Source: Peribolospora baueri (lineage: Eukaryota). From it: a stretch of 64,000 nt of DNA. A program made the position numbers and the translations under genes. The stretch covers positions 124,001 through 188,000 of the forward strand of contig JAMDHS010000018.1 in NCBI GenBank assembly GCA_029717555.1, in the 5' to 3' direction. The notes beneath the pieces are model-generated. The model saw only the letters and a list, made by a program, of their open reading frames with translations. It was not told where the DNA came from and ran no database searches. Position 1 is the first letter of the stretch. Every line of letters starts with the position of its first letter. This document shows positions 11,698-23,762 of this stretch, piece after piece.

Positions 11698-13344
11698 TCA
11701 AAGGTTGCCCGCGGCGGGATGCGCCTTCTCCCTCTTGTTGCGGTCGTCGATGGCCTTGACGAGCGTATAGATGGTTTGGAGCACCGGAGTGGAGATGCCG
11801 AGCGCCTTGGCCTTGCGGAGGACGTTGCCGTGGATGACCTGTGGGGGGGGGCGATGGGAGAGGAAGGTCAGAGCGATCCCATTGGAACGGATCCGACCGC
11901 GGAGCGGGAAGTATGGAGACGAGGCGAGCGAGAGGCGCGGGCGGCGAACGCACCTCCACCTCGGTTTCCCTGCCCCTCTTCACGTCCTCCATCATGCTGC
12001 TCATCAGCCCCGCCGGGCCGACCACCTTCTCCTGCGCCCTGGCCCTGCGATAAAGGCGCTCCGGCAGCGCTTCGTCCAGCGGCAAGCCGAGCGCCCTGGC
12101 GACGGCCACGACCTCTGCCATTATCGCGAGGGCAACGTCGATGGAGTGCGGGGCGGAGGCGGCAAAGTAGTATCCGGTGGGGGATTGGGTGACGGCGGTG
12201 ATGCCGTTCCACGCCGCGTTCCACGCCGTCTTCTCCCACCGCTTCGCTTGCATCGCCTGCGGCTCCAGCACGGTGAAGTGTGTGCCGCCGGCGGTGAGGA
12301 GCTTGGAGAAGCGATCGAGACAGGATTGTTCGAGCGCCGTGGGCGAGAAGTGGGCGGCATCGACCGGCAGGAGACCGATTTCCATCGCCTCTTCATTTCG
12401 GTGCTGGACCCGGGCAAGTGTCAGACGAGATAGGTGAGCACGAGGCAGACGCGCAAGTCAGGCGGAAACGAGACCGTTTTGCTCGCTCACCTCGACGACA
12501 TTGTGGGACGTCTGGACGGCCAACGCCCAAGTCTGACCGACGGAGGTGATTTGGGAGATGCGAAGGCACCGTTAGCGAGGCACCGGCGTGTCCAAGTCAG
12601 ATGGATGGATCGGTTGCGAGGACGCTCACTACACAAGTGATGATGGGGTTTTTGGGCCACCTCTGGCGGTAGGGATCCTCATTGCCCACGCCGTTCTGGA
12701 TGACGACGATCGTCGTCCCCTCCTCACCGGCCTCCTCGTCGGTTTCGGTGACGAAGGGCTCGAGCATCTCCGCCGGCGAGGGCCGCGCGTCGGGCAGCGC
12801 CTTGGTCGTGACGACGACGTAGGAGAAGCGGCGTGTGGAACCGGCGAGAGGTCGGGAGGTGGAGGCTGCGGGGAAGACTGCAGATGGGGAGAGGGACAAC
12901 GGGTTCGTTAGGGGGACCGTCGAGCGTGCAGGACACGCGAAGGTTGCTCACGGTCCGCGAAAGGGACTTGATGTTCGCCGAGCCGGATCGACTTGACGGA
13001 GAGACCCTTGGTGGGAGAAAACGCGAGCCACGATCCAATCGCAGTCAGTGCCTGGGGCTCGCGAACGCGCCAGTCTAGAGTCTGGCAATTGGCAAAGAAA
13101 AAAGTGTGTGAAAGGGGGAAAGCGGCAGAGGCTCACATTGTCTTTGACGGGCTCGTAGTTGCTCCTCGCGATCGCGCTCACGTTGACGAGGCGAGAGAGG
13201 TGGAATATGAGAGCGTAGAAAGAGCCGATGCTGTGCGTTCGGAAAGAAGAAAAGTAAAATGAGTGGGGCGGTGGGGGTGGAAGACGAGAGAAGGCAACAA
13301 ACGGCAACGCACGCGCCCAGGCCGACACACAGCACCTCCTCCAT
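11698..13344 (-). CDS. 2-dehydropantoate 2-reductase (ketopantoate reductase, PanE/ApbA family), 7 exons
   Basis: VLCVGLGA/IGSFY, ARSNYE, VVVTTKALP, IQNGVGNE, WEKTAWNAAWN, SSMMEDV..GRETEVE/VIHGNVLRKA..LGISTP; stop TGA at 11698-11700. Confidence 0.9.
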
Positions 13345-14475
13345 CTTCGCTGGCCTTTTGCAGTCATCGTCGACGGGGCTCATGACCGAGTGTGCTTTCT
13401 TTCTTCTCTTCCTTGAGGCGGCGGCGTGGCGGACGACGATGGTGAGGCGAACGCGACGTGTGCTATGGAAACAGGAGGGGAGGGGAGGGAGAGGAGGGGA
13501 AGACGAAGGGGGAACGTGCGAAGGGAATAGAGGGAGGAAGGAAGGGCGGGGGTTTCAGCCGTCGGGTCGGTCTCGTCGCTCTTCTATCTGACGGCGACGG
13601 GTTACTCACTCACTCCAGCAACAGCAACAGCAACAGACTCTCAACAGCGGTCAGTCCAGCTGAAAGAAGCAGCGACGCAGCGACTCAAGCGACGACGTGT
13701 GAACGGATGGATAGTGTAGAAGGAGCGAATCGAGGAAGAAGAAAGAAGTTATCTTGATCTCCACCTCGCTTCTGTCGGTACCGACCGACCGCGGACGGAC
13801 GGACGGACGATCGGACCGAGGGACCGGAAAGACGGCAGAAAGACGCGGCGAAGCGCGTCGCGACTCTTTCCCGTTTCTTCCCGGCTGGCCTGGGCAGGGC
13901 AGGCGGATGGATGAACGAGATCATACGGTAGATGAGATGAGATGAGACGAGAGATAGTATTCATAAAAACCAGGACAGATGTAGACAGACGGGCGACAGA
14001 GAGCGGAAGGAAAAGAAAGAGAAAGGGAAAGAAAGAGGAGACGACGAGGGCGAGGGCGGGACGAGCGAGGGGAGGGGCGGTCGTGAAAAGCCACGACACG
14101 ATAGGACGATCGAGGCGAATGGAAAAAGTCCGATAGATACGAGAAGGTTGAGGGGAGGTGGTGCTGACGTAGAGGGGGGGAAGGGAAAGCCGACGTCGAT
14201 GAGCCGGTCGAGTGAGTTGGGAAGGGGAAAGAGGGAAAGAAAGAAGAAAGGAGACAAGACGAGGCACTGTCCGCGAATCGAACAACAACCGACCGAAGCC
14301 GACCCACGACCCACGACGACGGCAAACCGACAAACTACCGAACATACCAAGGCGAGAGGGAGAAAAAAAAGGAAGGAAAAAGAAAAAGAAAAAGAAAAGG
14401 AAAAACTGGATTGGGAGGATTAGGATCCATGCCGTGGTCACTGCTCACTCAACCAAGAACTTTGAGCGGCAAGGG

Positions 14476-14509
<34 letters not shown>
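14476..14509 (+). repeat. Poly(A) tract with adjacent (GAAAAA)n run at ~14376-14406
   Basis: Direct inspection. Confidence 0.9.
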
Positions 14510-14510
<1 letters not shown>

Positions 14511-14678
14511 CGAGGGAAAAAAAGGAGGGAAAAGCAAGGGGGTTCCGTGCGTATACGGTGAGCGGTAAAATGGTGGATGGTGACCTGAAATGGGGCGAAA
14601 TCATCCGTTCGACTCTTGTCGTCGTCGTCGGCACGCTGCGCCGCGGCTCTATAGCAACCCCTCTCCCCCCCTGCTTCA

Positions 14679-16590
14679 TCACAAGAGGTGCTTCTTGCCC
14701 GCCTCCTTGCATCTCGCGACGAGCTTCTTGACCTCTTGGCTCCTAGCGTGCGTCGTGACGAGAAGCGCATCGGGCGTATCGACGACGACAACGTCGTCGA
14801 CGCCGAGGAGGGCGACGACGCGCCCTGCGGCGGGGATGACGACGCCGCCAGCGACTTTCTCCGTCACCACGAGCGAGTGGTCGCCGAGGATGCGCGGCTG
14901 GTGTGGCTCGGCGGGGAGCATCTCGGCGAGCGATGTGAAATCACCCACGTCATCCCAGCCGAACGTGGCGGGCACGACGGCGACCTTGCCCTCGGCCGCC
15001 GCTGGCTCGGCGACGGCGTGGTCGATGGCGATCTTGGGCAGGTCGTGCCAGTACTTTTGGAAGGCCTCCTCCTTGGCCGCCTCGGTCGCCTTGGCGTCCT
15101 CGAGCACGTCCGCGATCTGGTTCAAGCCCCGGGCGAGGTTGGGCTCGTACTTCTCGAGGAGGTCCATGAGGACGGTGGCCTTGACGACGAACATGCCCGC
15201 ATTCCAGCGGTAGTCGCCCGTGGCGAGGTACTTTGCCGCCGTGCGCGCGTCGGGCTTCTCCTTGAACTGGAGCACGGTGCGCGCATTAGGCGACTCGTGC
15301 ATGCCCAGCTTGTCGCCCAGCTTGATGTACCCGAAACCGGTGGCGGGAGAGGAGGGGGCGATACCGATGGTCACCAGGTGGCCGGCGCGGGCGACGGCGA
15401 CGGCCTCGACGACGGCGTGCTCGAAGGCGTCCGCGCCGCTGATCATGTGGTCCGCCGCAAAGGAGCCCAGGACGGCCTCCGGGTTACGACGGGCGAGCAC
15501 AGCGGCGGCGAGGCCGATTGCGCCGGCCGATTCACGCGGTGAGGGCTCGGCGAGCAGGTTGGCCACTTGCAGCTCCGGCAGTTGGTCGCGCACGCCCGCG
15601 GCATGGCGCTGGCCGGTGACGACGACCAGGCGATCGGGGCCGGAAAGAGGGAGGAGACGGTCTAGGAAGAGAAGTCAACCATTGAGCGAACGTCCGCGTG
15701 CGCTGGTCGAGCTCTAGCAAAAGGGCCACTCACCCCACGTGTTCTGGATGAGCGTCCTGCCTCTGCCCGTGAGATCGAGCAAGAACTTGGGACACGCCTC
15801 CCTAGAGAGGGGCCACAAGCGGGTGCCGGCGCCGCCGGCGGGGACGACGGCCCAAAAGTCCTTGATGTCGTACATCTTGCGGGGCTCAATGGGGCGGGCG
15901 AAGGGGGACGAAGGGGGTTGGAGGAAGAAGGCGGGCGGTTGGGGGAGGCCGGCGACGCTGGTCCGGGGACTGGTGACGGGACTCCTGCCGACGCCGTTCA
16001 AGTTGGGAAAGCCACCAGGGCTTGGACTGTTGCTGTGGTGTTGAGAGTACTGGCCATGTGGGTGGTGTCCGCCGGGGACGCCGTAGCCGTAGCCGTTGGC
16101 ATGGCCGTTGGCGTGTCCGTTGCCGGTGCCGGCGCTGAGCGAGGACTTTACTTGGCGCTCCAAGTCGATGTTGGACTGGCGGAGGTCAGCGCACTCGTGG
16201 CGAAGGGAGGCAATGTCGAGTTGCTGTACGGCATCGAGAGGACGGGGGTGTGGTGAGCCAGGAGCTACGCAAGTAGTCGAGCAAGAAAATGGGGGGGGCT
16301 GGGATTGGGGCAGCGGGGCTCGGGCGGTGGAGACATATGCGCCTATATAGGTATCTTTCTATCTATCTATCTATCTATCTATCCTCCCACCTTCTTCCTT
16401 CTTCCGTCTTCCTTCCCCGCCTGGTCTGACCCGGATCGTCCAGATGCGAGAGCACGTCGTGGGAACAAGGGAAGAAGGTAGGCGGATGACAAGGGGAAGG
16501 GAAAGGTAAGCTCACCGACTTCTCGAGCATGGCCACGATCTGCCTGAGCATGGCGTCGGTGGAGTCGCCGGGGGCGAGGGGAGCTGCCAT
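14679..16590 (-). CDS. Mannose-1-phosphate guanylyltransferase, bacterial ManC-type, with N-terminal extension; 3 exons
   Basis: Exons 16590-16516, 16223-15734, 15661-14679. AGGAGTRLWPLSR..PKFLLDLTG, EPSPRES, ADHMI, TGFGYI, FKEKPD, WNAGMF, IDHAVAE, GWDDVG, VVDTPDALLV..QEVK. Confidence 0.93.
16358..16383 (+). repeat. (CTAT)n microsatellite in intron 1 of the ManC-type gene; (GAT)n also at ~16745-16771
   Basis: Direct inspection. Confidence 0.9.
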
Positions 16591-18196
16591 GGTGGGCGTT
16601 GTGTGGTGGGAGAAGTCCGCGAGGGGATGGCGGTGATAAGGGCTGAGCTCGTGAGGACGGGGCGGAGAGGGAGACCGGAGGGGAGGGGAGGGGAGGAAGG
16701 AGGAGGAGGAGGAAGGGCAGCGATGGGAGATGGGAGGAGGGGAGGATGATGATGATGATGATGATGATGATGGTGAGCGAACAAGAAAGAGCGCAAGCAG
16801 TCCGATGTGCGATGTCGGCTGTCAGTGTGCCGTTGACGTCGTCCGTTGTCGTCGCCGCCCTGAAGTGACAGACCAGCCTCGAGTGAGCGCGCCAGCGACG
16901 AGCCTAAGCCCGAGCCAACGAGCCGTAGCAACCGACCGTCGATCTGCACGCGCCTCCGATTTCAGCCATCATCAGCCACCCATCAGCCAACAGCAGCCAT
17001 CGGCCCCCAGCCTCGCACAGGTCGCCGCAGCAGCTGCGCAGCCGGATCATCGTCGCGTCCACCCCGGCCATTCCTTTTCTAGCTCGCCTCCAAGCCCAGC
17101 CCACTCGCATCGAACACAGCCATGCCCTCCTGAACGAGCGAGGAAGGATCGAGCGCGTGCGAGGGATCCTCCTTTTCCGGTCTTGCTTCCTGCCATCCTT
17201 CCCTTTCCTCCAACTTCCATCCCGCCCTTCCGTCGTCCTCCCGTCGCCCACAACATACCGCCGCCCTTCTCTCCTCCAGCCCCTTCTTACGTGCGAGCGA
17301 ATGAACAAACGTACTTTACTTCCCTCGGAACCCGCCCTTCTCCCTTCCATCCCTTCCTCCTCATAGCCCATCATATCAGGTCCCGCGCCTACCACCGCCC
17401 TCTTCGACGTCGACGACCTCCGCTCCGCTCCACGCAGGCAAGCCTCCGCGTCGGAAGCTAGCTAGTCTTGTATTCGTTACTTCCTCCTCACCCGCGAGCC
17501 AAGCAAAGCAAAGCAGCACACACACAGACGCCCGCGCTTCTTGAACGCTGGTCACGCACCGTGCCCTCTGCTACGCACATGCGCGGGAAGGAAAAGAGGA
17601 CAGCGCGATCGGCGGGCGAACTGAAATGCTTGCGTTCCCGGATCGCCCGTCCACCTTCCGCACAGACCTAGTGATTCGAGTACGGAGAAGACGGGAATAG
17701 CTCGACGGCGCGTGTACATGGGCAATGAGTGTGGTCACTCTCGGCAGGCCAACACGCCTGCACATCAGCGTCGCATGGCTCGGAGCGGCGAAGGGGAGAT
17801 GACACAGGTCGCCCTGCAGCGCACCGCCGCACGGGATCGTCGCGGAGATCGCCCCGAAGAGGTAAGGGTAAAGAAAGAGATGGAGGGAGGACAGCGTCCG
17901 TCTCCAGGTCGCTCGCACCGACTGCGGCTCGCCCCGATACTACCCGCGTCTGCGCGTCGATCGCCGTCTTCGCCGCTTTCTCCGCCCTCGCCCGCCGTCG
18001 TTGCGTCCAACGCACGGATCCCGATCTCTCTCCATTCGCCAGCCTATCGCGAGACCAACCCCTCCCCTCGTCTCCCTCTCCCTCTCCCTCTCCGTCTTCT
18101 GTCTTCTGTCGTCGTCTTCGGCTTCGACTTGAGTGGCCATCGACGAGTCTTTGCTTTGCCATTCGATTGGACGATCGACGACGGGCCGAGCGAGAG

Positions 18197-21006
18197 ATGG
18201 AAGAGAGCGTTTTGGTGTACGGCTTGGGAGCGTGAGCATCCGTCCCCCTTCCTTCTCCTCTCCTTTTTCGCTTTCTTTCTTTCACTCTACTGTGCGACTG
18301 TACGCTAATTCTAACTACTACGTCTCCTCCAGCGTCGGCACCTTTTACGCCTCCCTTCTCGCCCGCTCCGGCTCGGCGCGCGTGAGCGCCGTGGTGAGGA
18401 ATGACTTGGAGTACGTCAGGGCCAAGGTGCGTTGAGGCAGCCGAGGCTGCCCTTCTTCTTCAACACGACACGCATGACTGGGTTCTCTTCCTCTTACCTC
18501 TCCCTCGTACCCCATCAGGGCCTGACCATCCGGAGCAAGGCGCTTGGCGAACAACGTTTCTTCCTCGACGAAGGTGAGCCTCGCACGATGTCTTCATTAG
18601 TCGCTTCGGCTCCGCTCCGCGCCTCTCTTTCGTCTCCTTCCTTCACCTCTCATTCCCACTCGCTTTTCTTTCCCGCAATCCCACACCGCCCGTCGGCAGT
18701 CTTTTCCTTCAACCGACCTCCACCCACAACCCGCCGCTCCTTCTCCTTCATCCTTGTCACCGCCAAATCCGTCCTCGACGCATCCCCTTCCCTGCCCGAG
18801 TCGCTCGAACCTTACGTCACCGACGGGGAGACGACGATCGTACTGTTGACGAATGGGATGGGAACGGAGGAACTCATTACGGCTAGGTGGCCTAGGAACG
18901 CCGTGTTGGTCGGCTTGGTGAGTTTCAGGGACGGCGTATGCAACGACATATGCGGATGCAGGACCGTGGATGGCCGCCGCGGACATGGATCGGTCTAACG
19001 TTAGAGAACGTTGGGAGGAAAGGGCCGCTCATAAATGCGTTTAAACCCATTCATTTGGCTCCTGCAGCCGTGGGTTGTCGCTACGAAGGTAGACCCAGGT
19101 GTCTTTGAGGTGAGCGAGCGTCCTTGTCCGACCTCCCGTCCGACTTGCATTCAACCGAGGCCTCGATGTTCAAACAATCCCTTCCTGATACGCATACTCC
19201 CTCCCCCCATCTCCTTCCTCAGCACGCCAACGACCAAGGCCTCGAACTCGGCATCCTCCCTCGCCAAGGCGACGCCACTTTCGCCGCGGACGAGTCCCGC
19301 CTCCACGTCTTGGCAGCGCTGCTCCGTCGCGGCGGCGCCGAAGTTGACGTGCTCGAACCTGCGCGCCTTGCGCAGCGGAGATGGGAGAAGCTCATCTGGT
19401 GGGGCTTTCACAGATTTGCACGGATGGCTGAGGCGCCTTTCGGATGGTCCCTCCAACCGGACTGACCATTAAATTTCCTTTTCTTTCCCCCTTTTCTGCG
19501 TTCTTTCGGCCGACTGGCAGGTCCTCCACCTGGTCCGCATGTACGTCGCTCTCGATGCTCCTAACCGGATCATTTCTATCCTCCTCGCCCGAGGCACCCA
19601 GGGCTGCACTCAAGCTCATGGACGAGCTCATCTCCGTGGCGAGGGCGGCAGGTGTGTCACTCAGGGAAGGTCTGGCGGAAGACATGCTCGCGAAATGTCA
19701 GCGTGTCGGCGCGGGCTCGGCTGGTGGGGTAGGGGAAGAGGGGATGAGGACGACGATGATGGACGATGTCAGAGCGGAGAGGAGGACCGAGGTCGAGGTA
19801 AGTCGCTGCGGTCCCCGGTTCGCTACACTTCGCGCGTCCGTCTGCGTGCTGACAGCCTTACGTCTTCAATTCTCGGCATTTTAGGCACTCCTCGGGTACC
19901 CTCTTCGCAAAGCTCGCGAATTGGGTATTACCACGCCCGCGCTAGAGACGAACTATGTCCTGCTCAAGGCGATCGACGAGCGCAACGCGAGATCGCGCGA
20001 GGAACGCAAGCGCTTCCGGTCTCCGAAACGCGCCCGTCACCTGCAAGCCTACTCCTCGTCCTCCGGCGCCGCCGCCACTGCGTTTCCAAGGCCGGACCGC
20101 AGTCCCGATAAGCTTTCTATTGTTGTCGAGGGGATGACGGGAGAGAAGCGCAAGGCAATGACGCCACCGCAAACCGACCTCCGTCCTTCTTCCCGACCTC
20201 CTCCGCCGGCGAGACACTCTGACGCGGAGGGCGGAATGCCCGCCACGCCGGGCTCGGGATCCGTCTACTCCTTCCTCGGGCCTTCGCCTTCCATTGTCGG
20301 CGTCTCTCCCCATTCCCCTTCTTTACCCCTCGCCCGACCCTCCTTTGCCGCTTCCCCCACCGCCTCCATGTCCCGCGGCATCGCCGCCGCCGCTGCCCCC
20401 GCGCCCAGCTCGACCTCCTCGCCGGAGCGCAAACGCCGCCGCCGCACCACAAAGGCCGAGTCCGCGTTCCTCCTCGAAGCCTTCGCGGAGAACCCGTTCC
20501 CGGACGCGGCGCGGCGCAGCACGCTCGCTCAGGCGCTCGGCATGAGCGCGCGCGCCGTGCAGGTGTGGTTCCAGAACCGGAGGAGCGCGGAGAAGCTTCG
20601 CGCGGGGAGGTACGATCCGGCGAAGACGAAGAGGGAGGACGGAGACAGAGACGGGGACGGGGACGAGGAGCATGGCGGGTGGGGTTTGGGGGAAGGGGAG
20701 GACTGGAACGAGGAGGGGAATGGGGAGGGGGGAAGGGAGGTTCGAGAGCGTGGGAGCGCAGACGGTCATCGCGAGCTTTGGGCAGAGGCGCCCGAGCAAG
20801 GCCTACGGCGAGGCGGGCAGACACCGACGAGGGGCTCCCGCTCGCACCATCTCGCCCACGACACCGGCGGTGGCTCCGAGGACGCGAGCCGGCCCGACGC
20901 CGCAGAGTGGACAACTGGCGCGGCCGTCGCGGCGGCTGCGGTTGCAGCATCGGCATCGGCTTCCGGCGTCGAGGTTGGCTTGGCCGCGCCCATCGAGCTG
21001 TCCTGA
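18197..21006 (+). CDS. Ketopantoate-reductase-like (PanE/ApbA) domain fused to a C-terminal homeodomain, 8 exons
   Basis: MEESVLVYGLGA/VGTFY..VRND../GLTIRS../ILVTAKS..LLTNGMG../PWVVA../..WEKLIW/..TTMMDDV..RRTEVE/. The last exon 19885-21006 (ALLGYPLRKARELGITTP..KAIDERN) continues without a stop to RKRRRRTTKAESAFLLEAFAENPFPDAARRSTLAQALGMSARAVQVWFQNRR at ~20428-20600. Confidence 0.85.
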
Positions 21007-21547
21007 TGCGGGTACTTTGAGAAGAGCGTGAGGTCTCTCTCTCTCTCTCTCTCGCTGTCTCTCTTTCTTCCGTTTCGCCCTTCTTCCGTCTTCAGATCCC
21101 ATTTCGAATTCCTCCACCTCGTGTGTCCATCTCGTCGATGGCCCCTTTTCCCGCACATACCATTTTTGAGGCGGCAGGATTTGTATCGCCCACCCGCATG
21201 TGACCTATCTATACTATACGTGCGGTACGGTACGACTGCTATCACTATATACTAGTGCTCGGCCCTCCTCGTCCCCTTCCTGGCGATGCGTGACGTGATG
21301 GGCATGGAAGGGAAGAGAGAGAGGCCCAGTGAACGCTGATGCTGAAGCGGGAGGCGGAAAGAAGCGCTCTGCCGCTGGCTGGTCGGCTCAGCTCGGCGCC
21401 AGAGTCAAGAGTCAGACAGACGGCTTCAAACGAGGAGGAGCTCTTGGCCATGTTTCACCTCCCTTCCGTCGCTTGGTCTGGAAGTGAAGTGAAGTGATAT
21501 GGTGTGATGTGATTGATAGATAGAGGACACATGAGGTGGAGAGATAG

Positions 21548-21805
21548 AAAGAGAAGGGACGTCGACGGGAAAGAGACAGCAGGGAAGCAAACCAAAAAAA
21601 AGAAAAAGAAAAAGAAAAAAACCTTTACAATCCAGGCCAAGCAGCACCTAGGCGAAAGCGGGCCGACCGCCCTCACGACCACCTCTCCCTCTCCCTATGC
21701 TGGGTCAGCACTCCGACCGTCTGGCCTGTCATCTTCGCCTTGTCATCCGCCTTCACATCATCCTCTGCCACTTTCTCATGAGCTTCCGGGCTCCACACCC
21801 ACCTC
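21548..21805 (+). repeat. Dispersed ~250 bp direct repeat, copy 2 (copy 1 at ~6131-6371)
   Basis: Same sequence as copy 1, with an expanded A-rich tract. Confidence 0.95.
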
Positions 21806-23486
21806 CTCGACCTTCCTCTAGGCGCATCCTGCAAAGCTGAATGCGCAGTCTGGCCCTTGTATGCTCCGCCATTACCCTCGACACCACTGGGAGCGAACGG
21901 CGCTCCTCTGCTGCCTCTGGCTTTGGCGTTGCCAGAAGAACAGCAAGCTGGAGCCCGGAATGCTTGGGGTGCAAGTAGACGAGGCTGCTGCGCTAGCCGT
22001 CATAGCAGGCAACCGATCCTGGTCCAATTCAATCGCCATCGCATCCGGGTTGACTTGTTCCGAATCATTCGAGGCGGAGCCTTGTCGCGACTTGGAGAGG
22101 AGGGTTGAGCGGGTCGAGCGACGGAGAGCACCGGAGCGCTCAAGTGTACAGTTGCTTCGTCGAATCTGGGGTCGACTCCACGGACAGTCCCGTTCCACCT
22201 CTTCCGAACCTCCCAGCGTCGCGTTTGGTGAGCACGGTGGGTAATGTCCAAGGCGGTCAGCGACGCCACCACCTTTGAATGCTCTCCCTGGGGCACCCCC
22301 GGCCAGTACGGGGGCCGATCTTCCCACTCACCTCGGAAGTCCACCCTCCCACGTCGAATCCCCAAGGTCCTGCCCGCCCTCGCCTCCCTCTCCGGACTCG
22401 CCTTCGCCTACATTTCACCTTCCGGCCCTGAATCCCAGTACATATCCACCCTTCCATGACTATGGTCATCGCTCAAGGCGGCCTCCTACCCCCCCCCCCC
22501 GTCTGTCGACCACACCCAAGCCTACGCAGACCAGACCCCAGATGGATACCGTCGAATGTGGCTGCGCCCCAGCTGGACGTGCTTCCGCATCTGAATGCGG
22601 CAAACAGGACGGAGACATGAGTTGTAGCGCCTCCGCTCTCTCTGAGACGGCGAAAAGGGACGGGGCGACTGGCTGCATTGAGCAGGCAGACTCTGTCCAA
22701 GGGTGCTTTCCGGCTGATCGCGACAGACCACTGAGAGACGGCGGGTTGGATGAATGCGGTAAAGACGGAGAAGCGAGCAAAAGAGGACAGCGGCAATTCA
22801 GTTCTTTCGCTTCCGAGCCCTTTCGCCCGAAGCGGAACGAAGATCGCCCCGCTCACCGGTGTACCGGCTGAAAGTGCTCGCGCCGATGAAGGGGCGGATG
22901 TCCTGACCTCTGGCGTGAAAGTATACAGACTTGTCCGGCATCAGGCCTTGGCCTTGTGTGGCTCGGACGCGCTGGCATAGGTTGGTCTGCATTGCCAAGC
23001 CCCGGCCAAAGGAAGCGGGGAGAGATAAACTCGGTACAATCGCACCAGGCGGTGCTTCCTCTTGCCTTCCCAAACTTGCAGCGGGAAGAATGCAGACAGA
23101 ATTTCAGCGATGGACGACGCGCTGAACTGAATCGGCGCCGCTTCGATAGGGCGTCTCCAAAACGAGCGCTTCACCGTGCACTCCCTACGTTCCGCAGTGT
23201 AAAGCAAGATGCTAAAGTCGCTTGGCACTTCACCCGCAGATTCAGACCGAATGGGGCACGCTGTCAGAGGCGACTCACGGCTCTTGCGCCTTCGTGACCT
23301 GCGACAAGCAGAGACGTCGCTGTCGACATTGCATTCAGTCACTATCGGAGAAATTAAGGGCGGCGGGTTAGCAGCTTTTCACCCGGGATGCAAACAAGGA
23401 AAGGCATTTACTGGATTCCGTCCGCAGTGGTGGTATAATATAAGCTGATAGATGGTGGTCGTGTCGTCCCATAATGCAAGTGATGC

Positions 23487-23682
23487 GATTGATTGATTGA
23501 TTATTCTGTATAAAGTCTGTGATTACAGGCCGATATCCACCTAAAGGGACTATGAAGTAGGCAGCTAGTCTGTAAAGCCGCTTTGAGTCTTGTTGGAACC
23601 CGTCCTCTTGACAGAACAGGGTTCATCCTCCCGATCTTTGTGCAAATACCCTCGCACCGTCCCCACACCTCACACCACACCT
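23487..23682 (-). mobile_element. Short 3'-end remnant of a LINE (3' UTR stem-loop plus (AATC)4 tail)
   Basis: Minus strand AGTCCCTTTAGG..GGCCTGTA..GACTTTATACAGAA-TAATCAATCAATC mirrors the 3' end of the adjacent LINE. Confidence 0.7.
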
Positions 23683-23702
23683 CGATTGATTGATTGATTG
23701 AC

Positions 23703-23762
<60 letters not shown>

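Noticed and set aside
20428..20600. Homeodomain as a mating-type HD2 gene
   Set aside because: There is no divergently transcribed HD1 partner, and the domain lies C-terminal to an enzyme fold. It looks more like a Yox1-type homeodomain.
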